Source of the DNA: Fonticula alba ATCC 38817
Lineage: Eukaryota; Protista; Nucleariida
Assembly (NCBI GenBank): GCA_000388065.2
Contig: KB932204.1
DNA: 64,000 nt
Reading direction: 5' to 3' (one strand)
The notes below the pieces were generated by a model, which worked only from the letters and a program-made list of their open reading frames with translations, searched no databases and had not been told where the DNA came from. Numbering within the stretch: position 1 is the stretch's first letter; every line of letters begins with the position of its first letter. This document shows positions 37,412 through 50,571 of the stretch, one piece after another. The position numbers and the translations under genes are program-made.

Positions 37412-38368
37412 TCAAATGTAGAAATGGACAAGATCCTCCGGCCCGTCGGGCGTGTCATTCAGCTGGTCATCCTGATTGTCGGCAAAGAAGTTCAGGGAGA
37501 AGGTGCGGAACTTCTCCTCGCTGCTGCCGCCCGGGCCGAACACATTCGACCCGGAGGCCGAGATGGAGGCCTGCCACTCGCGCTGTACCCGGTCCAGGGT
37601 GAAGGGCTTCTGCGGCAGGGCCGGAATCGTCGGCTCGGTGGCGCCAGTCTCCGGCCCCTCGTCGGCCCCCTCCTCCAGGCCCTCCAGCGGGAAGTGCAGG
37701 ATGGCCGCACAGCCGGTCAGCGCATCGAGACGCTCGCCGGCCGGGTGGGCCGACTTGAAGATGTGCACCCGACCGCCGGTCAGGGTCACTTGATTCATCA
37801 GCTCCGTGTACTGGTCCCGGTGGGCCTGAATCGCCTGGGCCAGGGCATTGACATCGTAAGCCGATCCCGGAGGGCCAGGCTCCAGGCTGACGTTCGTCCC
37901 ACGGACCACGGTGTCCGTCACGAGCAGCACCTTCACAGCGCTCATGTAGGCCGCGGCCTGGACCTGGGGGAAGGCTGTATAAAAAGGGCCGACAGGAGGC
38001 GGCACCGCGGGGAGAGGGATGCAGAGGGAGGCGGGGAGAGAGAGAGGGAAAAAGACAGAAAGAAACAACGAGACAGAGAGGGAGGGCGAAAGAAAGAACA
38101 CATGGGGTAAGCAGGGAGTCGCCCGGGAAAGACCGGTCGCCCGGAAGGGAAGGAGGAAGACATGGGAAAAAAAAGGACCGGAGGCGAGGGGGCGAAACGC
38201 ACAATACGTCGTGAGCATGGGATTGTTGTTGAGCGAAGAGAAAAACTCATCCAGCACAACAACATCCTTGGTCAAGGGCTCCTGCGCCAGGGCCCGCGAA
38301 ATGTTCGGATCGGAGAAGATCTCTGCCAGGGAAGACACGTCAGCAGCAAGCACCACACCTCCCTGCCT

Positions 38369-38437
<69 letters not shown>

Positions 38438-39886
38438 ATGCCCCGCGATAAGGATGCCCCCGTCGCGTACCCGTGATGGCGCTCTTGTGGCCGCTGGAGC
38501 AATGCCCGACAATGATGTGGGGCAGCATCGCCCGAATGTCCTTTGTGTACTTATCGGCCGGGACCTTTCCGAGGAAGTCCACAAACTCCCGGGCAATGTA
38601 CCCAGGACCGGCGATCACCAGGCGCTGGCTCTTGCTCACGACCATGTACCGGTCGATGGCATTCGAAACCGCCGTGAAAAACCTGCGCATCGGGTGTCAG
38701 CTTGGTGCACAGCAACCCAGACCGGCGTCTGGGGGAGAGGCAGAGAGAGAGAGAGAGAGGCAGAGAGAGAGAGGCAGAGAGAGAGGCAGAGAGAGAGGCA
38801 GAGAGAGAGAGAGGCAGAGAGAGAGGCAGAGAGAGAGGCAGAGAGAGAGAGAGGCAGAGAGAGAGGGAGAGAGAGAGAGAGGGAGAGAGAGAGAGAGGCA
38901 GAGAGAGAGAGGCAGAGGGAGAAGGGGGGGAGGAGGAGAAGGAGGAGTGCGCACTTTTGGGTGGCCTTTTCGACCTCCTCCGGGCGCCGGGCATTCTTCG
39001 GGATGGTTTGCTCGATGCGCGCATAGACCACCGTGATGTTGTTGGACACCGAGCAAACATGGGCCAGGCCAGAGTGCATGGCGATCACATTGACCGTCGA
39101 AGGGTGCACGGTCTTCTGGTTTCTGGACAGATCGGGCGGCAAAGCCGGAGGAGGGGGAACGGAGAAGAGCCAGGTTAGACACCAGCCCGGCGGAGGGCGG
39201 ACATGGGTGGCAAGGGAGCAAGGTCGTACTCCTTCAGGTGCTCCACATCCTCATGCTTCCAAATGTCCCGGCTCAGGGAGAAACTCGTGTTGGTGTCGAT
39301 CTTATGCGTGAAGTGCGAAATGCTGTCCTGGGACTGATGGCAGTCCGGGAGGAGGTGAGCACACACGGCCGGCGAAAGAGGCCCGACTCCGGGGCGTGCT
39401 TGGGGAGCCTTGCGCAAGACGCACATCACTGAAGTCCAGCGTATTCCCGCGGATACGTAGCATCTGAGCCAGCGGGTCAAAGTCGATGTGGGTCACCTGA
39501 ATCGAGATGTGGATCGTATGGTGGACCACCACCGTGCGGCCACTGGTCCGAGTGGAGGAGACATTGCTGCACAGGGGGGGGGAGAGAGACCCACGCACAC
39601 ACCGGCGCACACGCGCACGCCCACCCAATCAAGGGGGGGAGGGAGGGGCGAGGGGGGGGGGGGGGGGATTAGCAACACCCACAAACTGACACAGCCGGTC
39701 GGGAGGCGCAGGGGGAAGCCAAGGGAACGCCTCGACGCGGGAGGGCCTCACGCACTAGGAGCCCTGGGACCGGATAACATCATTCGGCTGGATGAAGTTG
39801 TAGAGAAACCACAGGTCCTCGATGCCGGATGTCTGGATGGAGATCGGGCCCGTGGACAGGGCATTGAGGTTGGCCTTGATAAGCAT
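37412..39886 (-). CDS. PELO: Pelota/Dom34 ribosome-rescue factor, multi-exon, divergent
   Basis: Motifs EDLWFLYNFIQPND, IDFDPLAQMLRIRG, HFTHKID..FSLSRDIW, LVIAGPGY, GHCSSGHK, AVKVLLVTD, GGRVHIFKSAHPAGERLDALTGCAAILHFP match the three eRF1-like domains of pelota. Confidence 0.92.
38370..38432. repeat. (CA)n microsatellite in a pelota intron
   Basis: Read directly from the sequence. Confidence 0.95.
38737..38911. repeat. (GA)n / GAGAGAGGCA compound microsatellite in a pelota intron
   Basis: Read directly from the sequence. Confidence 0.95.
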
Positions 39887-40775
39887 GGCAGACCGGCTGC
39901 AGGCGACAAAGGTCGTGGGGGAGGGTGTCCAAGAAGAAGAGGGCCGACAGGGAGAGACAGAAAAAAGAGGCGAAGGAGGGAAAGAGGGCCGGAGAAAGGG
40001 GGGAGAGAGAGAGAGAGAGAGGGCCAAGAAGAAGCCAGCAAACTAAGGAGTAGGAGAAAGAGGAGGGCGCCGGGGGCCGAAGCCTGCTTCCTCTTGGGGC
40101 ACGGCTCACCGGGCCACGGCATTTTGCTGGACCACCCCGGCCGATCGGGGTTTTTGGTATTGCGTCATATGATCTCCCCTCTGGCCCCCTGACCATTCCC
40201 GGCCCCCCAACGCCGCACGCGTCTGATGCACATGCCCAGACAGGGCCGGCCCTCGTGGGACCCTCGTCCCGCCCGCCCGCCCGCCCCCCGCACACACACA
40301 CCCGGAAACAGACGGCCAGACGCAAGGAACCAAGATCGCAGGAAGCCCGACACAGGGCCAGGGGAACCGGCAACAAACAAAGAGAAAGAGGCTCACGAGC
40401 GTATTCTGTCATGTACGCCATATGCGTGCCCACGACGTCGCGTGTGAAGGAGGGGGAGAGAGAGAGAGGGAGGGAGGGAGGGAGGGTCGCTCATACACAA
40501 TTGCGCGCCATTTGGCGATGGCAGCGCCCTTCCCTGTGTTTACTGCAAGAGAAGAGGCGTGACGCTCTCGGGAGGTGTAAGAAAAAGAAGAGGTGTACAA
40601 GTCGGTGGAGAGTGGAAGGGCCCACCACCCGCGGGGGAGCACGAAGCGCAGCTGTACTGGCTGCGGTCCGCGCGCGCACGCCCCCCCTCCCTCCAAGAAG
40701 GATCCCGGTACCGGGATCTCCTCTCCGTCAGGCATGTGTGCACAGCAGCACAGGGGGGGAGGGAGCAGGCAGGCC

Positions 40776-43700
40776 TTATTTCTTGGCGACCTTCCGGGGG
40801 CGCTTCATGTACTTCTGGCGCTTCTTCTTGCTGGCCGAAAGCGGAGCGGCCACAATGACATCCTCATCCGGCCCGTCCGAGGGGCCACCCTGCTCGGGAG
40901 GATCCAGGGCCACACTGGCGACGCCGGCCGTCGCCGCAAGGACCATGGCCCGCCTGATGACGGACGACACCAGGGCCATGGCGACGGCCGCCGCCGCCGC
41001 CGCCGCATCCGTCGACTGGCCAATGGCCACATCCGCGAAGTCCAGCACCGGCGCCCCGGCCAGCCAGGCATCCCCCCTGGCCGCCGGTGTACGGGCCGCC
41101 GCCGCCGCCGGGAGCCGCGCAGGCCGGCTCTCCTTCGGGCCCTTCGAAGTGTCCTTCAAACTGTCCTTCGAGCTGCCCTTGGAGCCGGCCCCTCCCGCCT
41201 TCGAGGGGACCCCCCGACAGGGGACATCCTTCGGCGCCGGCATGCCCTTGCCCGGGCTTGCTTCCCCCCTGGCGAGGGCCTTCCCCTTGCCGGCGGACGG
41301 CTTGGCATCCTTGATCGAGGGGCCAATGGCTGCCTTGTCGATGGCAACCACCGGCTCCGCCGGGGGGGGCGCATTCGCCCCGGCCACCGGCGGCACAAAT
41401 GGTGTCACCGGCATGCCGGCCGAGAAGCACCTGACCGAGAAGGTGGTGAAGAGGAAGTCCGCCGGGCCAATCAGGGTCCCCGGCAGCGGGGCCGGATACA
41501 AGCTCGTATACTCGAGCGACACCTCGAGCTTGCGTTGCGTCAAGCGCCGATCGGTGCCGGCCAGCCGGTCCAGGAATTCGGCCGCCTGGTCGGTGTCCCG
41601 GTTCGAGGCAAAGGCCTCCGGGGGGAAGATAACCGACACGGTGGCCTCCTCGGCCTGGCCGCCGGCGGCCGTCGCCGCCGCCGCCGCCGCCGCCGCCGCC
41701 TCCTCCGACGGTGTGGCTTCCGGCAGGCCGGTCATCAGCCGGAAATAGGCAGCCGCCTCCGACCGCCGGGCCTCACTCGACCACAGAGGATGGCTCCACT
41801 CCGGCTGCAGACGCCGATTCACCAGCAGCCCGGCCTTCTCGAGAATGCCCCAATACAACTGCCCGTCCCAGTAGTTGCTCTGGCAATTGGGGCAGTGGAA
41901 GAAGGCCCGCGGCGGGTGCGACGAGCAGACAATGTGCGCCTGCGGCGGCTTCGGCAAGGTGCCCGCCTTCGCCAGCGGACACTCACGAAGGCTGTTGTTG
42001 TTGCACCGAGGGCAGAGGGTGAACACCTCGAAGGGCCGCACCCGCCGGTGCAGGGCCGCCACCGCCTCCGGCGCCAGGGGATCGTAATTCAACGGCCCGG
42101 GCTTCTTCGAGGGGTTCGGATGTCGATACTGCAGGGCCGACCCCTCCGGCGCCACGGCATACGAGCAATGGTCCAGCACCAAGGCCAGGCGCTGCGAGTG
42201 CGGGCCCGTATAGAGCAGGTGGAATTGCCATGCCTCCGGCGCCCGGCCCAGGAGCTTGGTGTATGCCGCGATGAAGGGCACCAGCCGTGGCCCGGTAGAC
42301 AGGAGCACCCGCCCGGAGCAGTAAATGTACATCGCAATTTCATCCGCCGTCAGGGAAAGGTCTTCGCCCGGAACATGCGACACGAGAGGCGTTAGCCGAG
42401 AACACCGAGCAGCCGCGAGGAACCCAAATGAGAGCCGACACGCGAGGGCGCACTCGGGGAGGAGGAAGTGGCAAAAGGGGAAGGAGGAAGAGGGAAAAAG
42501 AGAAAAAAAAACCAGGCAAGAACGCATGCCCCATCGGGGAACACCCGACACCGGGCCACGCACCCAGCGACACGGTGTCGATGCCACACTCCCGCATGAA
42601 GGCCGCAAACACCCGGTTCGAGTGGTCCACCGCGAAGCGGAAGAGGTACGGCGATGTCGGGCACCGAGGCGCCCCGGGCAGCGGAAGCCCCACGGCCGGC
42701 ACCCCACGCGCGACGACCTCCGGCGTGATGGGCGACAGCTCGGTCTGACGACGGCGATAATCCTCCACCGTTTGAAGGATCGGCCCGACGTGCCCGGTGG
42801 GAATCGGCTCCTCGGGCACTTGGGCATGCTGCTGCGTCAGCTGGGCCGCCTTCAGGGCGGCCTGCTTGCGGCTCTCGCGCTTGGTGACGCCATGCGGCGC
42901 ATGGCCAGACTCGGTCCCGGGGTCGGCCCCCGGCGTGCATTTGGAGGCTGGTGCCGAACTCGCTGTCCGGCCCGCCCCCGGCCTCGGCTCTGGCTGCGGC
43001 TGCGGCTGCGGCTGCGGCTGCGGCTGCGGCTGCGGCTGCGACTCGGGCTCGGGCTCGGGCTCCAGCTCCAGCTCCGGATCCAGCTCCGGATCCGGCTCCG
43101 GATCCAGGGGCAGATCCGGCTCGGATCCGGACTCCTGGTCCGAGGTGAGCTCCAGCTCGCTCGGCTCATCGAGGGCGCCATCCTCAGCCGCGGCCGGCTC
43201 GGCAGCGGCCTTGGCCACGGACCGGGCCACGGCCTCCGGGTTCGGCGCCACCGCGGCCCGGCTGGCGCCACGGGTGCCCGGCCGCGGCCCAACCACCGGC
43301 CCGGCTGCCAATGCCAATGCCAATGCCGAGGCCGAGGCCGACGCCGCGGCCTCCTTGTCTTGGGGCAGGAAGTTGACCGTCCGGCGCTTTTGCCGCATGA
43401 TCCGGAAGAAGAGGTCCAGCAGGACGGTCGAATCGGCCAGGGCATACTGCAACTGGCGCAGGGGCAGCGGCCGCTGGGTCCAGTTGCTCAATGTCACGGA
43501 CTTGTCCAGGCCCACGCCAAGCAGCTGCAGGGCCAGGTCGGTCAGGCGCCGACGGTCGCTCGGACCGGTGACGGCAAACCGCAAGGTCGACAGCAAATTC
43601 GACAACGGCCGAACCAATGACACGCCCTGCAAATCCCGGCTGCCAGTCATCTCCGTGATCTGGGCTATGTCCGCCCCAAACCCATGCCCAAGCCGGTGGA

Positions 43701-44590
43701 GGTGCGAGGCCGGCTGCCCGAGCAGACGCCGCAGCAGGGCCACCGCCCGCGGCGAATGGGCCTCGATGTCGGAGAAGTCGATGATCCGGAAGTCGGTGGT
43801 TCCCGTTTGCCGGGTGAAAGTCCGAGTCCCGCCGGACCCCGGGGGGCCGGCCGCCATGTGGCACCAGACCACCTGCATGACGGACACCTTGGTCTTGTGG
43901 AAGCGCCCGAAATTCGGCAACCACTCGCAATCAAACGCGGCCAGGGTCGAGAGCCGCCCATCGGGCGAAGGCGCCCGGAGCAGCTGCTCCACCAGCTGCT
44001 CCAGCTGATCCAAATCCCGCACCCAGAAGGATTGCTGCTGCTGCTGCGACGGATTGGCCGCCAGGCGTTGGAGGAACTTCCTGGGCGGCAGGTAGATCGC
44101 CTGGCGCTGGAAGCCCAGCTGTCCCAGGGGCGACTCGGGCCCAAGCATGTCGCCGGCGCCGGCCACCAGGGCCCGGCGCCGGTCGTGCGAAAGCGACAGC
44201 AACTCCCCGACCGTCATCTGGCCAAAGGGCACGTCGGCCGGTAAACAACGCAAGTCCGAGATCGGGGCACCATGCTCTCGTAACTGGGCAATCGGCAACC
44301 GATAGTACAGGTAGTCCGTCACCAAACCCAAGTACGGGAGGGCACGCTCACACAGGAGAGCCAGTGACCGGAGCTCGGCGCTGCTCGGCTCCACCGACAA
44401 GCCCACCGCAAGGCCATACTGGTGGACGACCGATTCGATCGGGCCGCGGGCCGCAGGCGGCTCGGCCGCCAGGGCATTGGCGATGGTAAAGGCAATGCCA
44501 TTCAGGGTATCAACGATGAACCAAAAGGCATCGAGGACTGTCGTGACATCCCCACCCCCATGGCGCAAGGAGAAGCGTGAGTGTGCGAAG

Positions 44591-44626
<36 letters not shown>

Positions 44627-47319
44627 CCCAGCCGGGAGGAGCGGCGATGCATGGATCCGGCGCCCGTGCCCGGCCGACCGCCATAACCGGGCCAAAGGAG
44701 GTAGTCCAGAAAGGAAAAAAAGGAAAAGAGGGCCACCCCCGGGAAAGGCCAAGGGAGCCCGCAAACGACAAAGAGGTACCTTTCTCGCAGGAAGGGAAGT
44801 CCCCGAGGGCATCCGTCAGGACATACGCCGCTTGGCTGGGCGACGGCCGCGATCCCAGGTGCTGCCACTGATCGGTGGCGTCTTGGCCCAAGACAAAGTC
44901 CATGCATGCCCCGGGGCGCAGGGCAAAGAGCTCGGAGCAGCGGTCCACCCAGGTCCAATTCAATCGGCGAATGTCCCGCTGGAGGGTGTTGGAGCAAAGT
45001 TGCACCAGGCCGATCAATCGCGACTGGCCGAAAACTGCCCAAGACCCAGGAAGGAGGGGCGGTTAGTGGGGGGGGGGGGGCCGGCAGCGTGCATGGGCAA
45101 AGAGGACCGGTGCGGCGTCACCATGCCGGAGCGCGACAGGGGGGGCAAAAAGAGGAGAGCAGCGCCAGCACGCACACAAGGATGACGGCTGGTCAATGTG
45201 GCCCGTGGCCGGGGCCCCGGAGCGCTGCTGTGCCAGCCAGCTGGGCAGGAACACCCGGCCACGGGCTTCCAGGCACTGGAGGACCGTTCGCAGCATGCCA
45301 ATCCGCTGGAAGGCCAGCAGCGCCAGCCGGTGGTGGTTGAACTGCTGCTGCAGCAGGTCCCCCGGGAAGTGGGCAAAGTGCCGCGCGGCCAGGGTGATAT
45401 CGCGCGATGCGGCCACCTGGGCCTCAATCGCCTCGGCCACCAGGTGCTGCTGCTCGAGGTCCGACAGGCACCGGTCCAGCAGGGCCAGCAGCGGCAGGCC
45501 GGCCAGCAGCGGCCACACGCGCGCGGCGGTGGCAAACTCCAGCACCCGCACCGGATCCGCGGCCTGCCCGATGGCCAGCAAAAGCCCGGCTCGAAGGAAC
45601 CCCATGAAAGCCAGGTGGGTGCGAAGGTTTTCCTCCAATTGCGGATTCGACGAGCACCGCAGCGAGTCACGCACATCGCCGCTCGAATAGAGCCGGTCCA
45701 TGGCGCACTGGGCTGCCAGCAGGCTGCGCAGCAAGCCGGCCGGCACTCGTCCAGCCGAGGCCAGCAATGGCCGGCAGCTTCGAGCACAGGCCCTCTCGGC
45801 CGCCGGGTCCAGGCCGGCCCGCGACGCCAGGTACCCAGCCAGCCGGGCCTCCAGCGGGACCTTCGAGCTTGGCCCGGCTCCCATGCACAGGGACCCGCAC
45901 TTGGGGGACATCGGCATGCGTGCCACACTTGCCAGGGGGAAGGCCGGCTCCGTGGAGGAGCCGCCGGCTTCGGCCGTCGGAGCGCGCCAATCCTCCCCCA
46001 GGACCGGGCACTCGACCAGTTGCTCGGTCAGCACCAGGTGCGCGGATTGCTTGCCGATCATCGCCAGCGCCGTCGGCCGGATGAAGGTACAAACCGCGAA
46101 GAAGGCCCCCATGCTGAGGCCATGGATGCGCACTGGCGGGGGGGAGGGGGGAGCGGGGGAGGGACCATGAACAGGACAGGGCCGAGCGAAGGTCAGTATG
46201 CAAGCTCGCGTCTCGGCGCCACCCGGTGGGGGTGACCTCCGAGCCAGGAGGCGCAAGGAAGGGGGATCCACATACCGGCGTCCACCAGGAGCCTCTGCAT
46301 GCCCAGGAAGAAGGCCTTCTTGGGCAGGTCAATCAGGCAGGCAACACGCTGCGCCAACAGGCCGAAGGGGCTCGCGATGGCCGGCTGGCCCCAAGTACCC
46401 ATCAACATGGAGCCGGGCCGAGTTTGGTGGCGATCCGCCGCCAACAGCAGCGCCACGGCCATCGGCAGGGTGAGCATCTGGAGGCGGAAACACCCTGTGT
46501 CGTGCGATCGCGAATGGCGGATGTCAGCGCATTGGCAGGGGCAGGTTTGGCGGGAAGAAAAAGAAGGGCAGCGGCGGCGGCGGCAGGGGGGGGGGGGGGG
46601 GAGGCGGAAACCCCATTCGCACCGGCATCATCGATCAATGTCGAGGAAAGATGCCCGGAGGAGGATGACGCGGAAGACCCCGGCCCTGGGGACGCGCGGC
46701 CCGGCGAAACAGGCGACTGGTCCCGGCGCGAGTGTGGCGTGCGATCCTGCGAAGCGAGAACCCGCAGTGAGGGCTCAAAGTGCTCGAATAGCTCGTCAAG
46801 CAGTTCATTCAGTTCATCAGCCGTGAGGTTCCTATATCGTTCGGGGATGGGGGGAGCCTGTTGCCACAGGGCGGGCTCCTCCGGCTGCTTCGGCTGCTTC
46901 GGCTGCTTGGGCTGCCTCGGCTGTGCGGGATGCTCGGGCTCCTCCGGCCGGGGCGGATGCTCGCATTCATCCTCATGCCCGGCGCTCGGGCCGTCGGGCT
47001 CGGGTGACGTCGCCCGGGGAGGGAGCTCGGATGCGGCCTGGTCCGTGGCGGCCAGGCTGACGCTCGATGGGGATGGACTTGTCTGCGCACTGGTCGGCTC
47101 CCCGGCGCCAGGGGGGAAGAAAAGCCGCGCGATGAAATCCAACACCATGTGCGAGGGAAGTGGGGCGTGCTCGGCGCCGATGGCCGGCGAGTCGGGCCAA
47201 TCGAACGCCGCCGCCGACAGGGCCGACGGCGAGACAGCCTGCGAGGGCGCCGGCGGGGCATGGGGCGGAGGCGGGCCAAGGCCATCTGCCCCGGCAGCGG
47301 CAGCGGCCATCGGCGACAT
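40776..47319 (-). CDS. EXD3: EXD3/Mut-7/Nibbler-like DEDDy 3'-5' exonuclease with C-terminal Mut7-C domain; multi-exon
   Basis: Exo I AAFDCEW, Exo II GHGFGADI, Exo III SNWTQRPLPLRQLQYALADS; Mut7-C FAVDHSNRVFAAFMRECGIDT, GRVLLSTG, zinc ribbon FTLCPRCNN...FFHCPNCQSNYWDG. The 5' extent (ATG 47319, helical N-terminus) is inferred from splicing. Confidence 0.88.
42987..43140 (-). repeat. Coding PQ/EP/DP dipeptide repeats in the EXD3 linker
   Basis: (GGCTGC)n and (GGCTCC/GGCTCG)n encode DPEPDPELDPELELEPEPEPESQPQPQPQ between the exonuclease and Mut7-C domains. Confidence 0.9.
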
Positions 47320-48342
47320 GGCGAACGGGAGGGGAAGGCGCAAGGGAGGCGAGGGGGCAATCGGGCGGCGCGAGGGCGGGCAAGGAAGGAGGACGGGCTC
47401 CCGGGCGCCTGCGTCGAGAGCAGGAAAGCAAAAAGGGCGGCAGGGGGCGATCAGGCAAAAAGAAGGGGGGTCAGGGAGGGGATCAGATCGACTGATCTCG
47501 CGGATGGCCGCAACATCCACCGGAGACCGGGGCCCAGGCTGGGGCCACTTGACTGAGTGGCACCGCCCAGGTCCGGGGCCCCTGTTGGGCGGGGGGCACC
47601 AGCCCGGCCCCGGCCCCGGCCCAGGGGGAGAGAGGCAAGGCGGTCCATCGAAAACCTGCCGCCCACCACCACCACCTCCGACCACCCCCGGGGCCTGGGA
47701 ACGCAGCCGGCCCCGGCGAGAGGGCGCCCCGCGAGGGGGGGGGGGGGGGAAAGGCGGCGAGACCGCGCCGACCCTTCCCAGGAAAATAGGACGGGGGCGC
47801 GGAATATTTGCAGGGCGACGGACCGGCGTGAACGCCGGCTCCGTGGGTGTCGACGCCTGCCGATATCATGCGTGCGACTTCTGCCTCGGCGCGGCCTCCG
47901 GGGGCATGACGCCCCCACCCATGGTGCTGGGCCCCATCCCGGTGGGGCGCCCCCCGCCCCCCCCCCCGCTCCCAGGCCACCCCTTCGCCATGCCCGGGCC
48001 GCCCTGCGCCACTGCGGGGACACCACGGACGGCTGGCCCGGGCAGGTTTTTCTGTTCGCCGGAAAGAATCGTCAACAGCCTGCGGCCTTTGCCCGAGCCC
48101 AGGCGAGGCAGGGCGGCGGGGGCGAGATGGGATTGAATGGAAAAGAATCGCCGGGAACAATCACGGGCGGTCAGGCGGCAGTGGAACTCCAAATTACGCA
48201 ATCCCTCAGCGTGGCTGTTGGAAAGTTCCCCCGCGGATCACGTCCAGCTGCCCCCGAACACGCCGAGGGGGCGGGCTGACACAAATTCGACGAAAAACGG
48301 CATGTTAATGTGATCTCCGCCGCCGGGGAGCCTCATCAATCC

Positions 48343-48413
48343 GCGTCGATGGTTTAGTGGTAGAATTGCCGCCTGCCACGCGGTAGACCCGGGTTCGATT
48401 CCCGGTCGACGCA
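48343..48413 (+). tRNA. tRNA-Gly(GCC), identical to the copy at 24071-24141
   Basis: Same 71-nt sequence, followed by TTTTT. Confidence 0.97.
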
Positions 48414-48973
48414 ATTGATCCCTCCTTTTTGCCCCACCGACCATACCCCCTCTCCCCGGCGAAAGGCCAATCGGGCCACTTGCGCCCGTGTGTCTCGAGA
48501 GCCTCTGATCATCTTGCGGAGAGCGCGGGGCCGAGGTAAGAGAGGCCGAGGGGCGGGGGAGGAAAAAAAAGGAAGCGAGGCGGCATCGACGGGGTGACAG
48601 GGGCGAACCGGGGCCCGCGCTGTTGCTGTTGTTGTTGTTTTTTCTTCCCCTTTTCGAAAAACAGTGAACATGTATATATTGGGGACAAAGGCCCTGGGGG
48701 GGGGTTTGATCAGTCTCTCCGCCGCCCGTCTCGCCCTGGGAGACGGTGGGCTCTCCACAGACGCACGGGCTTTCCTCTTGCGATGCTTCCCCTCGCACTA
48801 CAGCGGGCTGTTCTAGAGAAGATGGTATTCACCCAGAGCAGGGAGGAGGAGGAGGGCCATGCCGGCCCGCCCAGGGCACCGAAGAAGCAGACGGGAAGGG
48901 AGGGCACAGGCCGCGGGCAACCGCGAGCGGCGACCGGGGGATGGGGAAGGACAAACGACCCGCAGCGGCGGGC

Positions 48974-49615
48974 TCAGTGCTTGGCAATGTAGCGGTTGAC
49001 GTCGTTCTCGAAGCGCTTGGCCACCTGCTCGAAGGCCGGGATCTGGGTGAGGAAGCAGTCATCGGTGTCGCGGCCACCAACATGCTCGACGCAACGGGAA
49101 ACCTCGTTCTGGTGCCGGAACCGAGAGGGCGAACAGAGGACGGAGACATCAGTATAAGGAGGGGTGGGGGGGGGTGAGCCGGTGCCCGGAGACCGGGCAG
49201 GGCAGAGGGCAAACACAGGGACCGCGAGGAGGAGCGAGGGGAGGGACATGCGGGGCGTACAATCACGCGCTCCTGGCCGTGGGCGAGGACCTCCTCGAGC
49301 TTGCCAAAGTCATCGTTGACAGCGCTGATGCAGTTGAGGGCATCCTCCTGGCTGCGGTAGCGCTGGGTGTCATTCAGGCAGTCGAGCTCGAGCTGGGCCG
49401 AAACAATCNNNNNNNNNNNNNNNNNNNNNNNNNNNNNNNNNNNNNNNNNNNNNNNNNNNNNNNNNNNNNNNNNNNNNNNNNNNNNNNNNNNNNNNNNNNN
49501 NNNNNNNNGGGGGGGACCGGAAAAAACGCACGCTAGCACGGCGGAGGAGGTCCTGGAAGTGCTCCTGCTTCTGGGTGAAGTACTCGGTGAACTTGGCGGG
49601 CGGGTTGACGGACAT
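48974..49615 (-). CDS. FAM136A/DUF842-like small helical protein, paralog 1 (3 exons, first intron spans a gap)
   Basis: MSVNPPAKFTEYFTQKQEHF...LELDCLND...EDALNCISAV...NEVSRCVEH...DDCFLTQIPAFEQVAKRFENDVNRYIAKH*; Cys spacing and helical pattern resemble FAM136A; clear similarity to the gene at 50572. Confidence 0.6.
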
Positions 49616-50571
49616 CGTGACAGGAGAGGAGGGGAGGGGGAGGAGGGGCGGCAAAGGGGGCGAAGACGGCTGGAGAGGCGGTATGACAAACCCACGGAGT
49701 CACCCGTGGGGCCATCCACGCCACCGACACTTGAGAGCCAGGGCGCCCAGGTGCCAGGCCCAACAAGCCTGGCCTGCCTGGCGCAGGCCGGGGTGCGGCG
49801 TGTCCCCCCCCCCCCCCGGCCATCGGCCGGGTAGACGGCGCGTGGCGCGGCGTGGTCCGGGGGGGGCGGGGCGGGTGGGGGGGGGGGGGGGGTCGCCTGC
49901 CGGGCTGGGAAAACCCGGCCCGGCGAACACCAGCGTGGGCAGTCCCGGCGCCACGACGGCGCACGTTTATCTCGGGCGGTCCCGACCCCCGAGCCCTACC
50001 GCCCACCCCGGCCCCCCCTGCCCCCCGCCCGGGCCGGCTGGGACCGGTACCAGGACACGATAAGACCACCGTCNNNNNNNNNNNNNNNNNNNNNNNNNNN
50101 NNNNNNNNNNNNNNNNNNNNNNNNNNNNNNNNNNNNNNNNNNNNNNNNNNNNNNNNNNNNNNNNNNNNNNNNNNNNNNNNNNNNNNNNNNNNNNNNNNNN
50201 NNNNNNNNNNNNNNNNNNNNNNNNNNNNNNNNNNNNNNNNNNNNNNNNNNNNNNNNNNNNNNNNNNNNNNNNNNNNNNNNNNNNNNNNNNNNNNNNNNNN
50301 NNNNNNNNNNNNNNNNNNNNNNNNNNNNNNNNNNNNNNNNNNNNNNNNNNNNNNNNNNNNNNNNNNNNNNNNNNNNNNNNNNNNNNNNNNNNNNNNNNNN
50401 NNNNNNNNNNNNNNNNNNNNNNNGCCCCGCCCAGGCCGGCCGCCTTCTTCCCGGGTGGGGCCGCTTTTTTAGACACCCTCTCCCCCAAGTCCCCAGGACA
50501 TCATGGCAGAGAATCTCCGCCTCCCCCCAGCCCCCCGCCTCCCCCCTCTCCCACCCCACATAACCAGCACC

